Below are positions 47,801 through 54,865 of a stretch of 64,000 nucleotides of DNA, piece by piece. Origin of the DNA: a virus. Lineage: Duplodnaviria; Caudoviricetes. The notes beneath the pieces were generated by a model, which was given only the letters and a program-made list of their open reading frames with translations, had not been told where the DNA came from and did not search any database. The translations under genes and the position numbers were made by a program. Each line of letters opens with the position of its first letter. Within the stretch, counting starts at the first letter, position 1. The stretch covers positions 1-64,000 of IMG/VR virus record IMGVR_UViG_3300000942_000002; one strand, given 5' to 3'.

Positions 47801-48585
47801 ATTTCAAAGGAAGATTTAGAGAGGGAGAAATTTTCTTAAATTTAGATAGAATAGAAAACAATTCAGATCTTGCAGTAACTTTTATGCATGAAGCAGTACA
47901 TAGTTTAACCTCTCCTTATATTAATCAGTATTTAGATGAGTTTGGAGAGTTAACTGGAAACGCTCCTAGTGAATTAATTGGTTTAAATAATGTTCTTAAC
48001 GAGTACAAAAATAAATTAAAAGCTAAAGATGTCGATAAATATGTTAACTTTGCAAATAAGTGGGCCAAGTATAAAAAGGACTTAAGTTCTAATATACCTA
48101 GCAACATAGAGTTTACTCAAGAAGAAATAGGTATTTACTATCCTACAGTAAACTTAAAAGAATTTGTAGCTACTGCTCTAGGAAACAATAAAGAATTTAA
48201 AGCTGTAGCTGGCGACATGCAATATTTAGAAACTAAGGGGTCTATTCTTAGAAAATTTGGACATTTTATCTCTCAATTAATAAAGAGAATAGGAAAAACT
48301 GAAGGAATTAAAGAAGACTCTATAGCTTTACAAGCTATTGCAAGAAGTTTAGATTTAGTGGAAATAGCTTCTAAAACTAAGAAGCAGGAACAGACTCCTG
48401 TAGAAGAAGCTCCTCAAATGTCAAAAGAAGAAGTGGAACAATTGAATAAACAATATCAAAATGAACCAGGACTTTTTGAAGACACTTCTGGAGATAACTT
48501 AGACTTAGAAGGCCCTTATAAAGGTACAGATCCATCAACATCTTTACTACCTTTGATGAAGATAACAAAAAACAAATGTAAATAA
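35872..48585 (+). CDS. Single-chain virion-packaged DNA-dependent RNA polymerase (crAss-like two-barrel) with C-terminal zincin motif
   Basis: 4237 aa; catalytic GQDFDIDS (DFDID at 45073-45087) preceded by FRIP; TDAQEY and YIKSSSFPL beta-like motifs; HEAVH at 47887-47901. Confidence 0.9.
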   Translation: MDEFQIKVLEANGYSYVDGGIVDAEGNYISSVELNGELYNSESDQDLWNRGQALERKYSEPVDPYKNLKEFEKDPLNTVLTEEDRNFYPLYSEEQEENDIPTYDNVDIFQKEMEDKAIQESDNTYFEMLRQFQEAGHDNITDEFINENKRNESVIKKYQNSDKDVDTIMQDILDEGPVPHTPDPNDNAVIAYLKDPNRNVFTRMGDWMWERIYSGIAHVTPTGVGMDGTEEEIQEYKDAVTKRKELQTPVLEIVDSMHEQKQKVLQDQWDNMSFAEKYNPFDRENRLVEYGLGEVNAERDRIKDYVEGSHIYNPLNKDFLGDFATLGIGDAYDMYFYNSYLHDKINKGEELTEKEQLVAETLAGIHQSKGVKMDQKGLYNITAGTFESASFLLGGAPGRLALRGTTKAITRNVAKSLSGAGMSTGTANVFGKVAGETVNMFGQAVLHPDAHVKALNKYYGDIQFDKNDKGEIELTTDRRTYKTLMDEVEINRNRIEDALAKETDPEKIAQLKTQLNKIEDYSDSIKAPETVFDSAAYGLTEVLKENVIENYGGQLANKVVNNRFTKKLATKPWAQSIANSGVAQNIKKANNLFGSVKNKFNTLTGNKGSKLVGNNLEEMAEEVMTQLVPVWGETEEEAKQRKGELLEGSFYGQVAGQTLLMGGLMKALYSPLSGYQAYQKSKNLRDKRKAFKDMISDFNKENISDSQVEELLMSAGEGNFSIQEFDNKIAKLRDKGQHDKANELERNKVFNIGKSLVSIGRGKEFVRNMNNVISSGNVTPESIASIQEAVQEVKVLEADMKDHGNLKNRDYVLELKSKLRYNQKQKENLEKRKSELNGQEQSQERDAEVDAIDLALKDINNHEGQLKKAINHETSSKMVDKLRKEEEVTNSIIKEYRKLVKENDATDSSALRDKAIENTKQKYGKTISNGTYSKSIKDVDRYLLKETLREEIALEQKESKIEAQIEEVTPEKEETQKHVEEIGQNVDQVTELAEQQEISFQAPDNKKGVDDLDYAGPAFDPDVETDSFEDIDDAFFDDMPVQKDGSFENQAFNNLVETVKNRVNLIEKRDKTKPSFKDYVEDLIDNGDVPIENFRGHMRALALAWSGAKLGKTNWRQLYNELFEDTQAVLNRKENQNTSEAIKTPQIEEVQERSEEQVTNKNSLSEPIKYEETSGAPVHVTPNSNKTYGTEHKLNFSAIEYNEVIENVNGKKVFRKINSPIPKLNENSGVSFKDLVNPNKNNIGDKLFPEVLDGEDLANTSVAVRDKYGRQTGTITFAEWVEGARPEGMSFEAFQQTREYKDKVPMVYRDSQGTAVAYVPEVEWFSVTSVGDSTKDVDEVDLDNPSESLRKDIQQNREQASNLREEVINGTIEEVEIIDNLSFPPLQKIAKSDDNGVPIPTKSLSEVAPDSQIVWMKASGTIVDMNGRTIEMENILNLGDESEGFLMTKVIEEDGIKKKLPINRNRTHYLVHTATISGVKKYIALNVQRKNENGLDSAYSEDIETARWIAAINNVTKFHDTNSGSEILTNSSHPLHMSLEQAEDLRRQIKEVTGTDVKSKYTDLIEALIAYQTPDKDGQVGQKITFGSELSKILRAYNKDTGKFKNADINFRQNTSLRMLNKPMIKIAKTENGFVVEKIADSYDQHLKNRLSTNVMGYNVGTKENPVYTIAVQQKVKIRPLSTKKETLEEKVEENKQDTQVQEKVVEVETIETPGELTEDQKQKRKQLVEEATALAKELNLDIRGIKEIDDLIASELTTTENVDNSILITEGLTIKQEEDIIKWLFSKLANKETNFQEVKEDLNKEFSSKADKLATSISNLNEFKDNEVVDNLITTLESALSQIENALENSDSLLAEASMRAVNTSFITDEFEVDEINENIKDFSKASNENKPIDKVGTALKRIFAQVTDGSTGFMGLDTYASFKQMYDTVSLALSSDSNLEPNFNEMIALLRKRENSTPWMKPLIERLEQADDQVKNQFVYNTYKQKVYAKFATLTFDNDGGVNSNIYDSNSNEAKRAVVDRWRENFKRAPINKEGKIDTKVLNKVVEEWNSWFDSGTSNQSDTTYKNWLSNFGIELSDSTFTALRNGELNISEGGGKLKKARFKDLFEGLTGSSSKNRTGLLFTNLMKYSLMNKDKQEVEFYDNIKNHPFEDMNTILSQLAELEVKYNPSYGSTSRYISGKSVTEIESFNYFYEQFKKLKSSSLSEDKAYLKDLENLSFSQDSFLLKMLKEDDVFANQFGHGLVDLMSLKELYKKSPMFAGIDELSSIDYMFAQRAMFQNRNQGAEKEVIGLPFEVRMAHMNTLTNSDKGRMMLLKTAVFDFYKQSEAAFEINEEGDIKFKEDLNNLLYDNLVVPELRRMVNFITNVKNTNIKGYDKGAVRFNLIPGINTLTDKKGRSVSELISVIEGKSQEEIMENVKEIFGADISTFIQDNVIKEALDNVKDLNQFNSKIDGFNNAEYLKQRKGTVDENMKIAELDFILNSMLTNMNYMQLMTGDPALYYKSKGDVKSKDLKAQTKISQQLAINLGKRMASMIAPGSVLADSNNNSYLQVFLEDVNGVADNILDIVEWHYSKKELNEKHGNGLTYKEMFESSKKGNREFIDLLSERFERVAEFIDIESTDAQEYTTLNEHIYVMLKQGRISEDKYKTIQDKIKKEEDLTKEELDLVLQPIKPVYTGTIYDSEQDVNRMMYIKSSSFPLIPQLTKGRKLDDLRKNMEEVEKVYSTTVRASYQTANKVGALTSENTIKDFSQPIVDNNIIKLERAHFKIQQDVPFKSKKVQDDTVSMGTQIFKLLMGDGIMDIDGFEFEGQEYNGKELQNKFHEIFKDMVSLKRDKFLDSLGLNADMSAKDPKETIKKLQKLLIKEAKSRGFSKQDLKILSLVDNGQGEMTFKLPLWLTGNSNKYESMLNALINNKIFKQKLPGNKFVTGSEAGFDVSETTEGIDESRIIHVGDFEGGVLQSTRKQDKSISKAQILVPSKFKLNGELINLFEEFNGEEGLYIQKVDGIVRIKEDMFDKNLLEQFVFRIPTSSHGLGSSVEVVGFLPPESGDLIITPKGFIAQMGQDFDIDSLTAYQYNHVVMQDGAVKELTEENKEAYLTEVSNRINYLEQLVKEDKLDIYNNLLSSIPGLNLEDLNKEDILEELAIAKKSISKEFDLKLLENKFIKVHNSVYSNEKSQKHINKVLSMVFAEKQADEIESLTENTSNTFNILSPKYQMIKMNAGSTGQDAIGIYAKGVTLHSLVQQAKSSGTKVGLGTKDQSKQIRIGNLVSDGSLGNMLAIPSKNQVFKGLTRRISTILDERTNTGTDNEKAQILGRTGLNHKDAIAVDNLLSLLGFDAEYTQITKEDFDKDKAFHRSTNIDGKEVYYTEHSVPYLLHSQPIVKEFFSIINDKESITTEFSARAKQEAINELLSKYGKKEQDVYKGKLGIWQRKGDKDIFVSEQDNTKFNAQMLQNQIVLNSQADKNSQLEILAIYLDLIDEAKKVKTMMQHVDLNNLGKSMWESGTKAKDFKEFFTNLDSVGITGAEALVGDITERGETLEEGQIDLGDGLVLTPTTNQGVMVGTALSLSESLFTNLFPAKNKYINSIIENIFKEGNLNTDNSFAVIKAKEQVFQEIKKYLTSAEGLGIFNKSTKEVREDLYLDRFNENHLSLSSYVGNLFNSESNEYANGLRKVKNNLFLNNLKYNVGENGKPSLITFNNQESFEANQEAIYSSFKELISEDLSLPRKNGEFFSTRLLAQELIAYSYSSGGIVQGALEFHKFLPIEYLDDMTYKNKKGQDIPISARLRSYNTFNRVEGNQNILGRFTRQYFQNNPESLVQMEMKEVTLGNEVKIYTPKENTSLAYIANKVKTKSKLKQDRWKIFEKIEGEKYYKEIDVLGETGMAEYEFGVEELTSNLGKDKTPVTKISSLELDTINDENLGIIPKNGSEVSSFLKAIATGEYGDYSNIKDIAQYLVNFVPEGKTFNYKEGNFKGRFREGEIFLNLDRIENNSDLAVTFMHEAVHSLTSPYINQYLDEFGELTGNAPSELIGLNNVLNEYKNKLKAKDVDKYVNFANKWAKYKKDLSSNIPSNIEFTQEEIGIYYPTVNLKEFVATALGNNKEFKAVAGDMQYLETKGSILRKFGHFISQLIKRIGKTEGIKEDSIALQAIARSLDLVEIASKTKKQEQTPVEEAPQMSKEEVEQLNKQYQNEPGLFEDTSGDNLDLEGPYKGTDPSTSLLPLMKITKNKCK

Positions 48586-48586
48586 T

Positions 48587-51500
48587 ATGGCAAGATGTAA
48601 AGAGCAAGAATTAGAAGTGACTCAACTGGTTGAAGATAAAATTCAAGAAGCAGTTGAGTTTCTTTCTAATAAATCTTTGAAAGAAGCTATAACTTTAGCC
48701 CAAAGAATAAACAATAATCAATTTTTTGGTAGCCCGGTTATAACAGTTTCTTCAAACACTACAAGTAGAGAAGACGGTATCCCAGAAGTGTCTTTTTCTC
48801 AAGAAGCAAAATTAGAGGCTATTAATGCAAAAATAGTTAAAGATAATGAATTACAATTAGATGAAAGAGTTCAGGAATTGATTGCAGGTAATAATTATTT
48901 CTTTGATGATCTTCCTGCTCAATCTGAAATCTATGATGAATTTGATTATTCATCTGTGATTAGTAATAAAATGCTTCTGAAGGAAAAGCTTGAAAAGCAA
49001 AGAGACCTATTAAAAAATAAGGGAAAAAGTAAGGAACAGTTAGAACAGATCGAATATCTTAACGAGACTATACGTAAACTGTATATTGATATCACAAAAC
49101 TTCAAAGAGGAGAAGAATCTTTAGATCACTACTTAAAAAGTGTAGAAAAAGATATAAATAATGTGGAAGAATTGCTTAAAAACCCCACCCTAGACAATAT
49201 CCAGGCTATAAATAATTATCTTGAGGTACTTTCATTACTTACTGATGAAGGACCAGGAGGCTTTTTAAAAGAGCCTCTTTCAGATATTAAAGATAAAGAA
49301 AGTGAAATATGGCAAAAACTTGCTGATGTTCATTCAAAAATAGGTATTCTTAAATCAGAAACAGATACAAAAATCAAATTGATTATAAAGGATACTATTA
49401 AATTTCATTTAGAACAAAAAGAAGAGAATTCTAACTGGGATCAAGAGCAATTAGAAAATGAAGTGGAAAGACTCTATGAGAACCAGATCACAGAAAGTAT
49501 AGGAAAAATGAGTTGGCTTAAATCTCAAGTTACTATGTTAGATGATCAGGAAGAGAGAAATGTATTAGTATCTGTTCTCTATAAAGTGTACACTGATGCT
49601 TTGGCCACAAATAATAACAAGGAAAAAAGAAAGCAGCTTTCAAATATTAAAGATAAAACCTTAAGAGAATTAAAAAGATTAGGAAAAACAACTGGATCCG
49701 GATTTAATAAAAGGCCAGATCAATCTGTTTTCCTAAGAAAATCAGAAACTTCTCATCAGTTGATTGGTAAATTTTCTGAGAATTGGGTAAACTTTAAAAG
49801 AAAAGCTGAATCAGATCAGAGTAAAATCTCTAAAATTTTGTATAAAGGGGATAAAAGCCAACAGGAAATAAAAGATATTCAGAAACAATTTGACACTTTG
49901 AATGATAATGTTGATTTCTTAGATGTGACCCGGGTACCAGAAATTATAGAAGATGGGGATTTTAGTCATTACTCTTCTTCTTTTATGTCAAAAGAAGATG
50001 CAAATACATACCGTAAAGAATTAGTTTCTAAAATTGGAGAAAGAGAATATAATAAACTTGTAGAACAACAGAAGCAAAATATTTATTCTTATCAAATTTT
50101 TAAATCAGTGAGAGAAGCTCGTTTAAGAGATAAGCATGATTTAACTTCAGAGCAAAATATTCAAGATAATATTCCAGAAAAAGAATGGAATTCTCATCTT
50201 CATTTTTTATATTCAAAATCTCCTTTTATTTTCTCTGAAAATTACAGAAATAAAGGAAATAATACTATTACAAAGCCCTACTATGTTTCAGGTAAAAAAT
50301 ATCTTTCTGAAAATACTCCTGCTGATTTGGAATTTATATCATATAGTCCAAAGAAACCTGAACATTTTGATTCTAATTTTACCGAAATAGAGAATAATAA
50401 AGTTCTTAATGAGGCTTGGAATTATATGGCAGATCTTGTAGAGTATAACAATAATAATGGTTTTAACCAAAATCCAGATAATCTTACAGAATATAGTCTT
50501 GCCAGTCAAGAAAAAAGAGTAAAATCTTTTCCTTTGAGAATGTTAGGTTTACTCTCTCGAAAAACTTTAGATACTATCCACAATGCTTTAACTGTAGATA
50601 GATACAAAAATCCAGATAAAGAATACAATGTTGCTGGGCAAATTTCAAATGTCGATCAAGAAATTGAAAGACTCTATAATGCAATGATCAAGAAATATAG
50701 AGAACCTTCAAATGACACTAAATCAGAAGTACTGGCCCAAGCAAAAAAAGTAGTTATGGCTAGACAAGATACTGATCTTATTGATAACATATTGGCCTCA
50801 ACTGAAATTACTGAGACTTTTAAAGCAAAAAGAGAAATTGAAAATAAAGTTAATTTCATTAGAAAACATATAGAGGAACAAACAGACAGAAAAAGATACA
50901 AAGATCTTGTTAACTTTTTTGCTGATAAAGAATTATATCAAATAAACAACAGAGCTAATTTTAATAGAGTAGGAAAAGGTTTTAATTTTTCAGATTTAAA
51001 AGGAGCAGCTTGGACAAGATTTTATACACAAAAAGAAAGAGAAGTTAGAGATGCTTCAAAAGAATCTCTTAAAGCTTTGAAACAACATTTAAAAGAGGCA
51101 ACTACTCAAGAAGAAAAGAATAGTATTAATCGAGAAATAAAGGCTATCGAAGATTTTCTAGATAGTGGAGGTAAAGTTGTTACACCTGGTTCTTTGATAG
51201 AAGGGTGGGTTATAAAACTTTCCCGAGTAGCTGCATTCTCCTTAAACTTTTCTGCACAGATCACGAATAAGGCTATTGCATCTTTAAATGCTTGGGAAGT
51301 AGATGGAAGATTAGGTTTCTGGCAACCTGGAGTTTACCATGATGCTATGTCTTTTTCTAGAAAATGGAAAGGAGCTCTAGGTAATAAAGAAACAAAAGAG
51401 CAAATTAAAGTTGGAGAGCTTTTACTTCAGAGACTCCAATTATTTCAGAATAGTTCAAATGAAATATTTAAGTTAGAGAAATCAAGAGCTGCTACTACTT

Positions 51501-53059
51501 TAGGAGCTATTCTTGAAAATCCTATGAACTTTGTTAGTGAGGTAGAGAAAACTATTCAAAGACCACAAATATTTGCTTTAATTTCAGAAATAAAAATGAA
51601 AGATAAAGAAAGTAATGAAGTCCCTATGTTTGACCCAAAAGCTAGATCTTTCCCGGCTTTTAAAACAGTGGATGGAAACCTAGAACTAAGAGAAGAATTT
51701 GATACTCCAGAAAACAGAGAAACTTTCTTAACCAACACTTCTCAAGAGTATGCAAATCTATTTGGAGATGGAGGTAGGATACCAAAAGCAATTGCATATA
51801 TTAATGGTGACTATCGAAATACTAGTACTTATTTGTTTGAGAAAAACACCTTAACAGCAATTATGATGCTCTTTAAAAGATGGTCTGTAATGACAGTAAG
51901 TAAAAAATTTGGTGTTCTCAAAAGATTAGGAGAAAATGAACATTCCGGATTAGGAAATACTGCTTTAGCTTTAAAAGCAGGAGCATATTCTTTTGCAACT
52001 GGAGCTTTATTTGGTCCAGTAGGTATGGCTTCAAGTTTAGCTCTATACACAACTTATCATGGATATAAAAGTGTCAGAAGAGAGATGAAAGATGATGTAG
52101 GATTTATTAAAGCAGCTCAAAGAGCTTTAGTAAATGCTAGAATTGTTCCAACTAGAGCTGGTTTTGAAAGAAATATCAGATTAAGTTTAGCCACTAGTGC
52201 ACAAGCTTTATCTATGGTAATTGACCCTTTAACTAAAAAACAATATATCAATAGTGAGCATATCAAAAGAATTATAAAAGTTAAAGATAAAAAGAAAGAT
52301 GGAGAAGAATTTACTCCAGAAGAAATTCGAGAAATCAAAGAAGACATCTACTTCTTAACTACTTCTGTAGCTGCTACTCTTAAATTTTTAGCTCTTAGAT
52401 ATTTAGTAATGATGGCTCTTTATCCAGACGGAGAAGAAGAGGAAGAATATAAAGAAAAAGTAAAAGAAGGACAAAAATTCTGGACTAGAGTGGCCTCAGA
52501 TCCGGATACAGCAATGTACTATACACTAGAAAATATGTTGTCTGGCTTCATTGATGATAGTAATATGCTAGTTAATCTTGAAGGTCTTCAAAGAATGGGA
52601 GACCTTCAAGGAGATAAGTATGGTACTTATGTTAAGGATATTGAAAAGATGATCAAGGGAGATGGAGATTTAAAGTCTGGTCCTAATCAAGGAGAAAATG
52701 CTTTGAAAGTACACTTACTTAGATACAACACTCCTTCTGTATTAAAAGATGGTGTATCATTAGGTTTTGGATCCAAATCAAGAAGAGACTTTGACACTCG
52801 TAATTTCATTGACCAGGTAAAAAGACCTGAAATAGAAAAGATTAATGAGGCTAGAAAAGAAGCTTATAGAGCTGAGAAAAAAGAAATGATGGAAAGTAAA
52901 AAACTAGCAAAAATGCCTAAGAAGGCCAGAAAGAAATACGTAAATTCCTTCTTAGCTAAAAAATACCCTGTGATTAAAGATATTCATATGGATAAAAAAG
53001 GTAAAGTAAGAAAAGTATATAGACCACTATATAAACATTACTGGGATGATTCACGGTAA
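48587..53059 (+). CDS. Large internal cargo protein 4
   Basis: 1490 aa helical protein with hydrophobic segments near the C-terminus; last gene of the virion module. Confidence 0.65.
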   Translation: MARCKEQELEVTQLVEDKIQEAVEFLSNKSLKEAITLAQRINNNQFFGSPVITVSSNTTSREDGIPEVSFSQEAKLEAINAKIVKDNELQLDERVQELIAGNNYFFDDLPAQSEIYDEFDYSSVISNKMLLKEKLEKQRDLLKNKGKSKEQLEQIEYLNETIRKLYIDITKLQRGEESLDHYLKSVEKDINNVEELLKNPTLDNIQAINNYLEVLSLLTDEGPGGFLKEPLSDIKDKESEIWQKLADVHSKIGILKSETDTKIKLIIKDTIKFHLEQKEENSNWDQEQLENEVERLYENQITESIGKMSWLKSQVTMLDDQEERNVLVSVLYKVYTDALATNNNKEKRKQLSNIKDKTLRELKRLGKTTGSGFNKRPDQSVFLRKSETSHQLIGKFSENWVNFKRKAESDQSKISKILYKGDKSQQEIKDIQKQFDTLNDNVDFLDVTRVPEIIEDGDFSHYSSSFMSKEDANTYRKELVSKIGEREYNKLVEQQKQNIYSYQIFKSVREARLRDKHDLTSEQNIQDNIPEKEWNSHLHFLYSKSPFIFSENYRNKGNNTITKPYYVSGKKYLSENTPADLEFISYSPKKPEHFDSNFTEIENNKVLNEAWNYMADLVEYNNNNGFNQNPDNLTEYSLASQEKRVKSFPLRMLGLLSRKTLDTIHNALTVDRYKNPDKEYNVAGQISNVDQEIERLYNAMIKKYREPSNDTKSEVLAQAKKVVMARQDTDLIDNILASTEITETFKAKREIENKVNFIRKHIEEQTDRKRYKDLVNFFADKELYQINNRANFNRVGKGFNFSDLKGAAWTRFYTQKEREVRDASKESLKALKQHLKEATTQEEKNSINREIKAIEDFLDSGGKVVTPGSLIEGWVIKLSRVAAFSLNFSAQITNKAIASLNAWEVDGRLGFWQPGVYHDAMSFSRKWKGALGNKETKEQIKVGELLLQRLQLFQNSSNEIFKLEKSRAATTLGAILENPMNFVSEVEKTIQRPQIFALISEIKMKDKESNEVPMFDPKARSFPAFKTVDGNLELREEFDTPENRETFLTNTSQEYANLFGDGGRIPKAIAYINGDYRNTSTYLFEKNTLTAIMMLFKRWSVMTVSKKFGVLKRLGENEHSGLGNTALALKAGAYSFATGALFGPVGMASSLALYTTYHGYKSVRREMKDDVGFIKAAQRALVNARIVPTRAGFERNIRLSLATSAQALSMVIDPLTKKQYINSEHIKRIIKVKDKKKDGEEFTPEEIREIKEDIYFLTTSVAATLKFLALRYLVMMALYPDGEEEEEYKEKVKEGQKFWTRVASDPDTAMYYTLENMLSGFIDDSNMLVNLEGLQRMGDLQGDKYGTYVKDIEKMIKGDGDLKSGPNQGENALKVHLLRYNTPSVLKDGVSLGFGSKSRRDFDTRNFIDQVKRPEIEKINEARKEAYRAEKKEMMESKKLAKMPKKARKKYVNSFLAKKYPVIKDIHMDKKGKVRKVYRPLYKHYWDDSR

Positions 53060-53066
53060 GATAAAT

Positions 53067-53096
53067 AAAAAAGGGAGCCTAATTGCTCCCTTTTCC
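53067..53096. terminator. Bidirectional intrinsic terminator between convergent modules
   Basis: aaaaaagggagc-ctaatt-gctccctttt; A-tract and T-tract flank the stem. Confidence 0.85.
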
Positions 53097-53097
53097 T

Positions 53098-53372
53098 TTA
53101 TAATGTTGTTTCTGCTTCTCCGTGTTCTCTAATTCTACCTAACTCCATTCCTAGCCACATTCTTGCTTCAGTTAAGTTAGTATAAATATTAGACAAACAT
53201 AAGTTTGTATGAACTATTTGTTTTGGCTCTAAGTTATGTTCATTTTCTTGTAATCTTTGGCCATCTGTAATTGTGTACTGGTCTTAGCTAAAGCAGTTTC
53301 TCTACTTGATCTAATTTCATCAAAGGTATTAGCTAAAACTATCATACCTCTTCTTAATTCTTTGAAATTCAT
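53098..53372 (-). pseudogene. Frameshifted or internally deleted small helical protein (not in ORF track)
   Basis: Coupled start (TAATG) gives 47 aa to TAG at 53229; an overlapping -1 frame (53283-53098) with no own start encodes ...SNIYTNLTEARMWLGMELGRIRE... Confidence 0.5.
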
Positions 53373-53869
53373 TATAAATTGTTGATTATTAAATTTTTAA
53401 TTTTTTTGCAGTTTGGATGATCATTTGGGTGTTTTTCCCAGGCACATCCTTTTAGCTTTGATAAACCTCGTTTTTTAGCAATAAGAACTCTGTGATATCC
53501 ATCAACTAAATGATTTTCAATCTCCATTTCTGGGCTTTCATGAAAATATCCATCATCAAGAGGAACAGCTCCAATATATTCGTGTTCCATTTTTACAACA
53601 CTGATTATACCAAAGTCTTCCAAACCTTCATAGGATTTAAGTTCCTCTTTGCATTTCTTAATTCTGGATTCTGACATCTCTAGACTTTGTACCCAGAATT
53701 CTTCCATAGTTAAATCCCATTCTTCAAGTTTGAAAAGCATTCCAAACCATTCTTGAAAGTTGTCTTCATATTGAAAATTAATAGCTTCCTCACAGTCTGG
53801 GAAAATCTCAATAAGTAAAGGCTTTATTTGATCCTTTACCTTTATTAAGGTATTTACAATATTTGCCAT
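53372..53869 (-). CDS. ParB/Srx-like domain protein
   Basis: LVDGYHRVLIAKKRG motif. Confidence 0.6.
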   Translation of the reverse strand: MANIVNTLIKVKDQIKPLLIEIFPDCEEAINFQYEDNFQEWFGMLFKLEEWDLTMEEFWVQSLEMSESRIKKCKEELKSYEGLEDFGIISVVKMEHEYIGAVPLDDGYFHESPEMEIENHLVDGYHRVLIAKKRGLSKLKGCAWEKHPNDHPNCKKIKNLIINNL

Positions 53870-53870
53870 G

Positions 53871-54611
53871 TTAAAATTCTTTGAGTTTATAAGTTATACC
53901 AATTCCTGCTTGCCATCCCAACTTAACATCAGATCCTATTACAGTTGCTCCATATCCAACATAAGGCCCAACTACAAATCTTTTGTAATCATCTTTTACA
54001 TTGTATATACGCATTTCTTTGATATTTGAATTTGGGTTTGCATCCTTGGCCACAGCAAAACTTTTTGGTCTTTTAAATAACCCTTGACTTTCAGATCCCA
54101 TTACTAAACTCATACTATGAAAAGTTTTTAATTGGACTTTTGTTGTGTCAATTGAAGCTATAGTTTTTATATCAAACCATTTACTCTTGATATTGGAACT
54201 ATAGATAGGGTTTTTTAAAGAGTCTTTAGCTACTCTGGTAACCCCAGATGTATCAATTGTAGTTTCTGACCGGATTATACCAGCAGCACCTTTATGATCT
54301 CTAAAATAGCTTCTATTTTCTTTTACCAATTGTTGTAATTCTTGGATTGTACTATCTTGACTTTTAAAAGCTAAGAAAGTCTCTTTCTTCTCAGTTTCTA
54401 GAACTTGAATTTTTGCTACATTTTCTCCATCTTTGTTTTTCCAAACTTGAAGTTCACTGTTAGCAGCCTCTATAAGAGTTTCCTGTTCTATACGAGAATC
54501 TTTTTCTCCAAAATACATTCTCAACATTATGAAAAAAGCAATAATTAAAACGGCACTCTTTAATGTACTAAAGAGTGAATAGGATCCAAAATTAATCTGT
54601 CTGTCTTTCAT
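53871..54611 (-). CDS. Membrane-anchored coiled-coil protein with C-terminal beta strands (spanin-like candidate)
   Basis: N-terminal TM, coiled coil, VVGPYVGYG...GIGITY C-terminus. Confidence 0.5.
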   Translation of the reverse strand: MKDRQINFGSYSLFSTLKSAVLIIAFFIMLRMYFGEKDSRIEQETLIEAANSELQVWKNKDGENVAKIQVLETEKKETFLAFKSQDSTIQELQQLVKENRSYFRDHKGAAGIIRSETTIDTSGVTRVAKDSLKNPIYSSNIKSKWFDIKTIASIDTTKVQLKTFHSMSLVMGSESQGLFKRPKSFAVAKDANPNSNIKEMRIYNVKDDYKRFVVGPYVGYGATVIGSDVKLGWQAGIGITYKLKEF

Positions 54612-54627
54612 AATGTTGAATTTTTGT

Positions 54628-54864
54628 TTAGTTGTCTAAAAATTTAATAATTTGATTATCAGTAAAACTACTAGAAAAATCAATTGTATTACCTTTAGCA
54701 TCTATCAAAGATACCAAATTGCTTTTTGTGTCAATTTTTACTTGCTTTCCACTATAAGGTTCTGTGAAATAATTCAAATTTGTTTCTCCTATGTCATGAA
54801 AAGTTAGGCCTGCACCTAATAAATAGTCTTTTAATTCTTGATTTGCTCTATAAAATTTTCCCAT
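54628..54864 (-). CDS. Hypothetical protein
   Basis: In-operon ORF. Confidence 0.7.
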   Translation of the reverse strand: MGKFYRANQELKDYLLGAGLTFHDIGETNLNYFTEPYSGKQVKIDTKSNLVSLIDAKGNTIDFSSSFTDNQIIKFLDN

Positions 54865-54865
54865 T

